Position numbers and translations under genes: made by a program | DNA from: a virus | DNA: 64,000 nucleotides | Virus record (IMG/VR): IMGVR_UViG_3300034109_001012 | Reading direction: 5' to 3' (one strand) | Shown here: positions 40,885 through 47,921 of the stretch, piece after piece | How positions within the stretch are numbered: position 1 is the first letter of the stretch | Layout of the letters: each line of letters opens with the position of its first letter | The notes under the pieces: generated by a model | The model's database searches: none | Seen by the model: only the letters and a program-made list of their open reading frames with translations | What the model was told of the DNA's origin: nothing

Positions 40885-40927
40885 TGCGACCACTGGGAAT
40901 CGAACCCAGTCAGGGGCCTGCGGTCGC
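40885..40927 (-). ncRNA. tRNA-like minihelix, copy 1 in transcript order
   Basis: GCGACCG-CAGGCCCCUGA-CUGGG-UUCGAUU-CCCAG-UGGUCGC-A; 4 nt after the 40932..41735 stop. Confidence 0.5.
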
Positions 40928-40931
40928 TGTC

Positions 40932-41735
40932 TTAGTCAACAAGATCGCACTTTGCTGTCATCTTGTTTCCGCAGGGAAAATCCGCACAAACGGATTGATA
41001 TAGCGGGTTTTTAGTCCCAAAGGCTTTGGTCACGGTTCCCTGTCCATAGACAGGGTGATTGATAATGTCCCCGACTTTCAATAAACCCGTCGAGGGTTTA
41101 TTTAAATCCTCCAGGTATTTTTCAATAACCTTGATTGCTTCTGTGTAAAAATGCTCCCGTTGGGGAGTGTAGACCTTCTCCACTTTTTCGGTAGGCAAGT
41201 CTAAGACGGCCAAATCCGCCACAGTATATTCCGTGACTTCCCCATAGCCCGTTTCATAGGCGATGGTAGTGGCACTGGGAAACTTGGGTTTTCCCTCAAT
41301 AACTTCCCCAAATTGGTTCACGGCTTTAGTTGCCGTGTAGGTGACTAAAACCTCGTATTCATCAGCCACAAAATGGGCTTTGGGGCTAGGGGTTTCACCC
41401 CATTGAGAATTGCCTCCCCGCATCCCATCAGGGGATTCTTTGCGACGGGTGGGGCGGGCGGTTTTTTGGTAACTACCGTGTAGTTTTTCGCAGGAAACGG
41501 ATTCCTGTTTTTGTTCGTGGGTGACAACCCATTCTAGGGGTGTCACCTTAACTGAATTTGGTAACGGGGTGACGCTACCAATGGAGTCGCCGTCTTTCCA
41601 GACGTTTCCTCTGTTGTCAACGTGACATCCCTTTGTAGGGAGTTTTAGGGCATCACACCCCAAAACCGCATTCCATTTCCACTCAGGGGTTTTTGGAGCT
41701 TTGGCGGTTTTGGCGGTTTTGGTTGCGACTGTCAT
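40932..41735 (-). CDS. Hypothetical protein
   Basis: 267-aa ORF, first gene of the small minus-strand operon. Confidence 0.5.
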   Translation of the reverse strand: MTVATKTAKTAKAPKTPEWKWNAVLGCDALKLPTKGCHVDNRGNVWKDGDSIGSVTPLPNSVKVTPLEWVVTHEQKQESVSCEKLHGSYQKTARPTRRKESPDGMRGGNSQWGETPSPKAHFVADEYEVLVTYTATKAVNQFGEVIEGKPKFPSATTIAYETGYGEVTEYTVADLAVLDLPTEKVEKVYTPQREHFYTEAIKVIEKYLEDLNKPSTGLLKVGDIINHPVYGQGTVTKAFGTKNPLYQSVCADFPCGNKMTAKCDLVD

Positions 41736-41793
41736 GGCGTTATGTCCTCTGTGCGTTTACAAATTCTATAATATACGCATACTTTAGAAATTG

Positions 41794-42003
41794 TCAACCT
41801 TTTTTTAAAAAAATTTTATAAAAGGCTTGTAAGTCTTGTGGGGCAATCGCTCCACGGGATAGGCGTTCAACGAACTCACTCCTGGACACTCCCAAGAGCG
41901 CAGCTAATTTATCAAGCCGTTGCCACGCCGTGTCGGTCAAACTCAGATTGTGAGGCTTTTTCTTTTCCCCATAGTCGGGGACTCTGTTTATATAGTCGCG
42001 CAT
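41794..42003 (-). CDS. Ribbon-helix-helix (CopG/Arc-like) DNA-binding protein
   Basis: LSLTDTAWQRLDKLAALLGVSRSEFVERLSRG beta-alpha-alpha pattern; divergent from the nblA promoter region. Confidence 0.55.
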   Translation of the reverse strand: MRDYINRVPDYGEKKKPHNLSLTDTAWQRLDKLAALLGVSRSEFVERLSRGAIAPQDLQAFYKIFLKKG

Positions 42004-42090
42004 TGTGCCATCTCCTGCTGTATTTATATATTTCTATACTATACGCATTGGCAAATTAAATCCATTATCAGGAGCAATTGGCAACAGGTA

Positions 42091-42111
42091 AATCAAAAAA
42101 ATATTTTGATT
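42091..42111. promoter_or_regulatory. Operator-like inverted repeat AATCAAAA-N5-TTTTGATT
   Basis: 8-bp arms, seen directly. Confidence 0.45.
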
Positions 42112-42132
42112 CTGTATTAAAGAGATATAAAA

Positions 42133-42155
42133 ATCAAAATATTTTTTGATATAAT
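42133..42155 (+). promoter_or_regulatory. Second inverted repeat ATCAAAA-N4-TTTTGAT overlapping extended -10 TGATATAAT (nblA-tmk promoter)
   Basis: TG-A-TATAAT at 42147-42155, about 30 nt upstream of the nblA ATG. Confidence 0.5.
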
Positions 42156-42185
42156 CTATGTGTTGATATTCTTATAACAACGGAA

Positions 42186-42350
42186 ATGGAACCAACACAG
42201 CTAACAATGGAGCAAGAATTTAAACTTGCGACAATTAAACGTAATGTGGATATATTGACATTGGAGGAAGCTAGAGAATATATAATTGAATTAATAAGGC
42301 AAGGTATGATTAAAGATGATTTGATTAAAAATTGGATGAGGATGAAATGA
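42186..42350 (+). CDS. nblA: Phycobilisome degradation protein NblA (54 aa, not in ORF track)
   Basis: MEPTQLTMEQEFKLATIKRNVDILTLEEAREYIIELIRQGM matches the NblA pattern LSLEQqF.....v..ms.eqA.e.lv.l..Qm; ATGA overlap with tmk. Confidence 0.65.
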   Translation: MEPTQLTMEQEFKLATIKRNVDILTLEEAREYIIELIRQGMIKDDLIKNWMRMK

Positions 42351-42943
42351 GTAAATTGATTGCTTTTGAAGGGATTGACCGCAGTGGGAAAACAACCCAA
42401 ATTAGAAAACTTTGCGACCATTTCACGGCGTTAAAGTTAAAGTTCTACATCACAAGAGAACCCTGTGATTATGACGTTCGGTTTGAATTAAAGAATGGGC
42501 TTTTGACACCGGAGCAGCAGCTTAAATTAATCCTGAAGGATAGGATTAAACACAATCCCACGATTAAATATTTGTTAGAAGATTCTGATTTGGTATTGTG
42601 CGATCGATACACGGATTCAACTCTTGCTTATCAGGGGTATGGGCACGGGCTTAATTTAGATAATTTAAGGAAGCTAAATCACGAGGCGACGGGGGGAATT
42701 GATCCCGATATGGTGATTTTGTTCGATTGTCCTGTTGAGGTGGCGGTGCGCCGCGATCTCGACAAACCTCTGGACAAGGTTGAAAGAGACTTACTTTTTT
42801 TAGATCGGGTTCGGTTTGGATATCTTGAATTGGCGAGGGAGAATAACTGGATTGTGATTAACGCAACGCAAACAACTACGCGAATGTTTCAGGAAATATC
42901 TGGCATTCTGATGGGGATTATTCCTGTCCCTGTGATTAGATAA
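42347..42943 (+). CDS. tmk: Thymidylate (dTMP) kinase
   Basis: P-loop IAFEGIDRSGKTTQ, DRYTDSTLAYQGYG motif; start taken at MSKLIAFEG (track start 42332). Confidence 0.9.
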   Translation: MSKLIAFEGIDRSGKTTQIRKLCDHFTALKLKFYITREPCDYDVRFELKNGLLTPEQQLKLILKDRIKHNPTIKYLLEDSDLVLCDRYTDSTLAYQGYGHGLNLDNLRKLNHEATGGIDPDMVILFDCPVEVAVRRDLDKPLDKVERDLLFLDRVRFGYLELARENNWIVINATQTTTRMFQEISGILMGIIPVPVIR

Positions 42944-42952
42944 ACAGCAAAA

Positions 42953-42977
42953 AACCAGGGAATATAAACCCCTGGTT
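42953..42977. terminator. Bidirectional hairpin AACCAGGG-N9-CCCTGGTT between convergent genes
   Basis: 8-bp stem flanked by an A-run upstream and T-rich sequence downstream. Confidence 0.55.
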
Positions 42978-43002
42978 AGTTTTAAGTTGAATTAGAGGTC
43001 TT

Positions 43003-43233
43003 TTAATTCCATTCCTCTAACTCTAATTCTTCCCCTACAAATTCAGGGAATTGGTTATGAAATCTTGTCAAAGCCTCTAACTCATTCAAGGCTTCTAAAT
43101 AATACCCTTGACGGTCTTTTCTGTCGGGTGCGGTTTTGATTCGGGTGATGCGATATAGCATAATTTGTTCTCCTGCTTTACTTCTTGGAGGGAGGGTAAG
43201 ACCTCCCATGAAATCAATATTCGTCTTGATCAA
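43003..43233 (-). CDS. Hypothetical protein
   Basis: 76-aa ORF. Confidence 0.4.
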   Translation of the reverse strand: MIKTNIDFMGGLTLPPRSKAGEQIMLYRITRIKTAPDRKDRQGYYLEALNELEALTRFHNQFPEFVGEELELEEWN

Positions 43234-43723
43234 ACTCTGGGCAGTTCATACTCATGAACTCAGTAAGATCAAATCCTTCCCACTCGCCCGTCAAATCGTT
43301 GTCATCTCGGTACTTTATGGGAGCGATAGACCACTCAGAGGATGACAAGTACAACGCGGCTGACTTATCCCCGTTCCACTCAAGGGGGAACCAGGTGACA
43401 TTCTGATTTTGCTTCGCACTCAAGAATTTAATCTTGAAGATGGCAAGCTGATCATGAATCTGAATCAGTTGCTTATAACGTCCCTGCGGTAACTCAACTT
43501 TACCTTTTTTTAGCAGAGAATCAATGGGATGTTTAACTACTTCGGGACTGGGTTCGGGTTTTAGGTCGTGAGCATCGGGGTCAACTACTTTACTGAAAAC
43601 TTTATTGAGTTCTCCCAATAATCCAAAAAACTCTTTAGCTTCTGACCGTGTTAATGGCCCTAGTGATTCAGCTAAACTTAGTGTCAGTTCTAAAGATTGC
43701 TTGACCTGTTTTTTGCTTGACAT
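43214..43723 (-). CDS. Hypothetical protein
   Basis: 169-aa ORF. Confidence 0.45.
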   Translation of the reverse strand: MSSKKQVKQSLELTLSLAESLGPLTRSEAKEFFGLLGELNKVFSKVVDPDAHDLKPEPSPEVVKHPIDSLLKKGKVELPQGRYKQLIQIHDQLAIFKIKFLSAKQNQNVTWFPLEWNGDKSAALYLSSSEWSIAPIKYRDDNDLTGEWEGFDLTEFMSMNCPEFDQDEY

Positions 43724-43787
43724 GGTATACTCCTCTTAAATGATTGACTTGAGAGCAAGTAGGGTGGCTGCCTTACTTGCTTAACTT

Positions 43788-44159
43788 TTACGCCGCCCAA
43801 CTATCACTTACTTCCTTCTTCATAGCGATCGCTTCATTCTTGAGTTGGATGTAGTCGGGATCAGATTCCGCTTCCGCAGCTTCCGAAGTCCAGATATCTA
43901 CATCAACGGCTTCTAATGCTTTTTGTTTGCACTCTTTTAATGTTTTGTAACCCAGGATGCCATTAAGCTCCCAGCTATTCCACTCCTCAGAGGAGCTAAA
44001 AAACCATCCGTCATCATCCTTTTCAATTGTGATCGTGGCAGTAACGTTATCGTAGGAGTTGTCGGCGTAGGCTTTTTTGTATTGAGCCTCCCAGATACCC
44101 GGATGCTTGGGTTCTGGTTTGTGCCATTTGAGCTTGGTCGGTTCGGTTTGAGTGGTCAT
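43788..44159 (-). CDS. Hypothetical protein
   Basis: 123-aa ORF. Confidence 0.45.
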   Translation of the reverse strand: MTTQTEPTKLKWHKPEPKHPGIWEAQYKKAYADNSYDNVTATITIEKDDDGWFFSSSEEWNSWELNGILGYKTLKECKQKALEAVDVDIWTSEAAEAESDPDYIQLKNEAIAMKKEVSDSWAA

Positions 44160-44187
44160 TGGTTTGTCTCCTGTTTGTTGTGGTGAT

Positions 44188-44433
44188 TTAGTAGTTACAT
44201 GATGTGTGGTGATACAGGCTTACGTTTTCGCTGTCATAGTATTTTGAGGCGATCGCATCTACATCTTCGGGTTTAGGATTGCCAAACCAGGTAATGTGAA
44301 TAGGGTCTTCCCGCCGCGAAGACAACGAGAAATTAGGGGCTTTTTTGACTTGAAACTGAATACCAGGATAAGCATTCTTTAAATTGCGGCGGATTGCTTT
44401 GATTGCGTCGGCGGTCGGAAGTGTCATTTTCAT
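44188..44433 (-). CDS. Hypothetical protein
   Basis: 81-aa ORF. Confidence 0.4.
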   Translation of the reverse strand: MKMTLPTADAIKAIRRNLKNAYPGIQFQVKKAPNFSLSSRREDPIHITWFGNPKPEDVDAIASKYYDSENVSLYHHTSCNY

Positions 44434-44496
44434 CGTCTTACTCGCTTAATTTTTAACCTTCTACTTTTATAACTGTACCCCACTTATCCCAAAAGG

Positions 44497-44694
44497 TCAA
44501 CCCCCTCCCCCGACTTTTTTGTAAAGAATTATATCGCCACGGGTGATCGCCTCCAGAAATTCTGTCCATGCGGGTTCCGCCGACTCCTGCCTCCAATACC
44601 GATAACCCATGCCAACAACTAGGGCTTTCAACTTCTCCCTATCTTCTGGCTTGAGTCTAGCTTTGATTTCTTGCCTGTGTTCGTGGGGTCTCAT
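44497..44694 (-). CDS. Small protein downstream of integrase (possible excision/regulatory factor)
   Basis: 65-aa basic ORF; position only. Confidence 0.35.
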   Translation of the reverse strand: MRPHEHRQEIKARLKPEDREKLKALVVGMGYRYWRQESAEPAWTEFLEAITRGDIILYKKVGGGG

Positions 44695-44743
44695 AAAAAA
44701 TATCCTATATAACTATTCCCCAGTTTATAACAGATTATGGAAT

Positions 44744-45880
44744 TTATTCGTCATCTGGGAGCAATACTGGTAAAGATGGTCGGTGGATCACGCTCCCGGC
44801 GTAATTATTGTAAATAGTTTCAATCCTATTCCCTGCGAGTTCCGCCATTTCAGCAGGGCTTTTCCCTTGTGATAACCCGTGAGAAATTAGAGTATGGCGA
44901 CAGTTCCCGGGCTTTCTATATTCCACACCAACCTTAGCTAAAACCTGTTTCCAAGCCCGATTCCTGAAGTTGTGGGAATCAATTGGCAATCCAGTCAAGG
45001 AGACGAAAACCGGAGCCTCCGGGTCGGGGTCAATCGGACGGATTGCTTTGAGAATATTTTGAAGGCGAGGGGGAAGTGGAATTAAGCGATCGCGATTAGT
45101 TTTAGTCGATTTCCTTTGACCGGATACCGTTAATTTGCAGCTAATTAAAACCTCGTTACAGTCTTCTGATATATGTTTCCACTGTAGCCCGTTTGCTTCC
45201 CCCTGTCGACAACCTGTACCCAGTAAAAACTCAACATAAGGGAGAAAATGGGAATAATATTGATCTGTTGCAAACCCTTCTAAAATCCGTTTAATTTCCT
45301 CAATCGAGAAAGGTTTTAATCTTCTTTTTGGGGGAACTTTTACCGACACTTCAGTCCAGGGATTATTCTCAACTAATTGACGCTTAATCCCCCACTGATA
45401 AGCCGCGTTCAAGAATACAATCCTCTCCCTAACTGTGGCGGGTTCGTTGTGTTGTAGCAGCCAATCACGAAAGCCAAAAGCGGATTTTTCGGTTAAATTA
45501 TTGTTACCAAAATATTCTCGGATTCTAGGCAAGAAATGATTGTATTTATAAAGCGTTTCTGATTCAATCTGTTGTTGCTTGTAATTCAAATACCGTTCAA
45601 CTAATCCGACAACTGAAACCGTCGCCTGTTTAACTTCCATTTCTGATTGTGGCTTGTACTTGGTTAGGGAACTATCAAAGTTTCCCGTGGCGCAGTCCCC
45701 TTGAATCTGCAAAGCCAACCGTTGTGCCACCATCTGATTTAGGGGGTTATCCTCCAATCCTAAGCTCAAAAAATATCTTTTGCCCTGGTGACTCCAAACC
45801 AGCCGGAGCCACCCCACCCCCGCAGAACTGATGGTAGTTTTGACCTGTACGCTTCCCTTGGGTGCTTTCTTCTGAGTCAC
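44744..45880 (-). CDS. int: Tyrosine recombinase / phage integrase
   Basis: Box I GTGCRQGEANGLQW, box II CRHTLISHGL, C-terminal IETIYNNYAG (Tyr nucleophile region); GTG start. Confidence 0.9.
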   Translation of the reverse strand: MTQKKAPKGSVQVKTTISSAGVGWLRLVWSHQGKRYFLSLGLEDNPLNQMVAQRLALQIQGDCATGNFDSSLTKYKPQSEMEVKQATVSVVGLVERYLNYKQQQIESETLYKYNHFLPRIREYFGNNNLTEKSAFGFRDWLLQHNEPATVRERIVFLNAAYQWGIKRQLVENNPWTEVSVKVPPKRRLKPFSIEEIKRILEGFATDQYYSHFLPYVEFLLGTGCRQGEANGLQWKHISEDCNEVLISCKLTVSGQRKSTKTNRDRLIPLPPRLQNILKAIRPIDPDPEAPVFVSLTGLPIDSHNFRNRAWKQVLAKVGVEYRKPGNCRHTLISHGLSQGKSPAEMAELAGNRIETIYNNYAGSVIHRPSLPVLLPDDE

Positions 45881-45899
45881 AATTGATGATCAATAATCA

Positions 45900-45936
45900 G
45901 TCTAATCTTGTCTAATTTTGTCTAATCTTGTCTAAT
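45900..45936. repeat. Four GTCTAAT repeats at exact 10-bp phasing (candidate integrase arm-type sites)
   Basis: GTCTAAT at 45900, 45910, 45920, 45930, between the int start and the tRNA fragment. Confidence 0.5.
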
Positions 45937-45962
45937 AGAAGATTATCAACCATCAGACGGGA

Positions 45963-45994
45963 AAAAGCCAGACCCTTTATAGAATCTGGCTTTT
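45963..45994 (-). terminator. Rho-independent terminator downstream of the tRNA fragment
   Basis: AAAAGCCAGA-N12-TCTGGCTTTT; on the minus strand the stem is followed by TTTTT. Confidence 0.6.
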
Positions 45995-46001
45995 GCGTCT
46001 A

Positions 46002-46047
46002 TCGGAGCGACAGGATTTGAACCTGCGACCCCTACCACCCCAAGGTA
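46002..46047 (-). other. 3' 46 nt of tRNA-Pro(GGG): half anticodon stem, loop UUGGGGU, variable loop, T-arm, acceptor 3' strand. Putative attP core
   Basis: Minus strand TACCTTGGGGTGGTAGGGGTCGCAGGTTCAAATCCTGTCGCTCCGA; no D-arm or 5' acceptor upstream. Confidence 0.65.
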
Positions 46048-46122
46048 TATTCAATGTAGTCAAACCCTTTTATCGCGGGGTTTTTGGGTGTTTGGGTACT
46101 TGAGATCCCAATTGTTGATCAA

Positions 46123-46437
46123 TTAATCCCAATTTTTCAAGACTTCAGGGCAATCATCCCAACAATTACCCCAATCAGATAATTCTGTATAGGTTTTATC
46201 TAGCTTAACCAAGACGGTTTGACCATTATCGGTGTAGTAGCCATAGCGGTCATTTTTCATATCAAATAAGACTCCGACCTGTTTACTGTTGCCAGTACCT
46301 ATGACTTCCCAATCAACAACGTCAATACCAAAACCCAAAGCGTCAAATTCATCAACGCGATTTAATACCAATTCAATAGCTTCGGGTTCAAAATTATCGG
46401 TTTGAGATACCAAGTCTTTCAATGTTAGTGCGTTCAT
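46123..46437 (-). CDS. Hypothetical protein
   Basis: 104-aa ORF. Confidence 0.45.
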   Translation of the reverse strand: MNALTLKDLVSQTDNFEPEAIELVLNRVDEFDALGFGIDVVDWEVIGTGNSKQVGVLFDMKNDRYGYYTDNGQTVLVKLDKTYTELSDWGNCWDDCPEVLKNWD

Positions 46438-46464
46438 GTTTTTTGTCCCAATGGTTTTAACTTC

Positions 46465-46746
46465 TTAATCAAAAGCCCCTGATTCCCAATATTGTTTCGC
46501 AGCTTCCCACTGTTCGGCGGTTGCCGCGATGTGAACCTGATGCCCAATATCTGCGAGCTTGCCTTTGTGATGATTGACGAGAACCCCATTCAAAGACACT
46601 CCCTCAACTTGTTTTAAGCCCAAGCTATTGATCAGGGCATCCATAGTTTCTAGGGTTTTTAACCCGAATCCGTGGGGGTCGTATTTCAATGTATTGGGAA
46701 CCTGGGGAGACTCCCCGTCATATTTCCAATAGCGGGCGTGTAACAT
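46465..46746 (-). CDS. Hypothetical protein
   Basis: 93-aa ORF. Confidence 0.45.
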   Translation of the reverse strand: MLHARYWKYDGESPQVPNTLKYDPHGFGLKTLETMDALINSLGLKQVEGVSLNGVLVNHHKGKLADIGHQVHIAATAEQWEAAKQYWESGAFD

Positions 46747-46768
46747 ATAAACCTCTTTAATTAATTAG

Positions 46769-47377
46769 TCAATTAAATCGTCTGTTTTGACCCTGCTGAT
46801 TGCAACAGGCAACGATCCCTGCTTTGTCAATCCTCAATAATCTGAGGATTGATTTTTTGCGGGTAAGAATTTCTTTAAATTCCGATTGGTCAAAATCGGA
46901 ATACCAAGGTTGGCACTCGTCAATCAAGGTATGTAATTTCTTTAAAACCTGGGTCATATTTTCCCAGGCGATTTTTTCGCAAAAATCGCGGTTTTCGATC
47001 CAGAACTTCGCGGAGACCGCAATCCCCACCGCTTTTTTAATTCTGATTTCTCCTTCCCCCGGCTCCCCACCGAGAGAAGAATAATATTCAGCAAAATCAC
47101 GGCGGAGTTTATCCGCCCACTGAATTTGTTTTTCCGACCCCACAAGGGGAGGGAAAAACCAGTCAATTTTTTGTCCTGGCATATCCCAAATTGTTAACTG
47201 TTTTGGAGTCTCTACAACCGCCACCGCTTTCAGGGATTCCAACCGCCCCTCTAAAACAGTCAATTCAAAAGCCCACTTCCGAATTAGGTTTCGGACGCGG
47301 GGGAACTTGCTAATCAAGCTATTTAGTTGAGCGATTCTTTTAGAAAGTTGAGTGACAGTGGTTGTGGAGTTTTTCAT
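46769..47377 (-). CDS. Hypothetical protein
   Basis: 202-aa ORF. Confidence 0.45.
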   Translation of the reverse strand: MKNSTTTVTQLSKRIAQLNSLISKFPRVRNLIRKWAFELTVLEGRLESLKAVAVVETPKQLTIWDMPGQKIDWFFPPLVGSEKQIQWADKLRRDFAEYYSSLGGEPGEGEIRIKKAVGIAVSAKFWIENRDFCEKIAWENMTQVLKKLHTLIDECQPWYSDFDQSEFKEILTRKKSILRLLRIDKAGIVACCNQQGQNRRFN

Positions 47378-47561
47378 ATTCAGCCCGATTTATCGGCGGC
47401 GACCCTGTTTTGTTTGTAAAGTGCCGTCTTTCCGGCTGCCAGCCCACCCCCGCTTTCAAAGTTCGATCTTTTCAGTTTGCTACTTCTTTGGGTGATTTTC
47501 GCTTCAGTAGCCTAGCCATACAAAATCTTGTACACTTAATTTATACTCCCAATTTTAAAAT

Positions 47562-47717
47562 ATGTCAACCCCTAGAAAGAAAAAACTTTTTAAACCCAGA
47601 ATCAAGCTACAGGTATGGCTTTCAGAGATTGAGAGGGAAAGGCTAGAGGCGATCGCATCCTCAAGAAATCTATCCCTCTCGGAATTGGTCAGATATTGGA
47701 TTAATAATGGAGGGTGA
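47562..47717 (+). CDS. Ribbon-helix-helix protein (51 aa, not in ORF track)
   Basis: MSTPRKKKLFKPRIKLQVWLSEIERERLEAIASSRNLSLSELVRYWINNGG: classic RHH beta-strand plus two helices; convergent with iscB. Confidence 0.55.
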   Translation: MSTPRKKKLFKPRIKLQVWLSEIERERLEAIASSRNLSLSELVRYWINNGG

Positions 47718-47734
47718 CGATCACTCCATCTTGA

Positions 47735-47921
47735 GTATCAAGTCAGTCAAGAAACAAGGCAATCATTAACGGCTGATCAGATATTCGATATCGGTGAAGT
47801 TGCAATCATGTATCAAATTAGTCAAGAAACAAGGCAATCATTAACTTCGTGACAAAAATTTGAAGTATCAAGTTAGTCAAAAACCAACACAATTGTTAAC
47901 GAACCAATACAATCATTAAAC
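47735..47921 (+). repeat. Three 36-bp direct repeats plus a half repeat (GTATCAAGTCAGTCAAGAAACAAGGCAATCATTAAC)
   Basis: Copies at 47735-47770, 47810-47845 (34/36), 47865-47900 (29/36), half copy 47901-47921 overlapping the iscB stop; gaps of 39, 19 and 0 nt. Confidence 0.85.

Noticed and set aside
40885-40960. Extending the tRNA-like element at 40885-40927 to a complete but short tRNA using upstream GCGATCT as the 5' acceptor
   Set aside because: That would give a 64-nt molecule with poor pairing lying inside the upstream CDS. The compact minihelix with GCGACCG/UGGUCGC pairs far better and is mirrored by the second copy.
42134-42421. 95-aa minus-strand ORF from the track
   Set aside because: It lies antisense to the nblA ORF and the tmk start, both of which have clear family motifs.
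46002-46080. Full-length tRNA gene
   Set aside because: Only positions about 28-73 are tRNA-like. The expected D-arm and 5' acceptor strand (CGGAGCG...) are absent upstream, so it was treated as an att-site fragment.
47362-47646. 94-aa plus-strand ORF from the track
   Set aside because: Low-complexity, random-looking sequence that overlaps the much more convincing RHH ORF (47562..47717) in another frame. The region is probably intergenic or promoter.
47735-47921. Calling the 36-bp repeats next to iscB a bona fide CRISPR array
   Set aside because: There are only 3.5 repeats, with unequal gaps (39, 19, 0 nt). The gaps resemble each other and the RHH gene 3' end, so it looks like a decaying tandem duplication. 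No cas1/cas2 genes are present. I kept it as a repeat with a possible RNA-pairing role.
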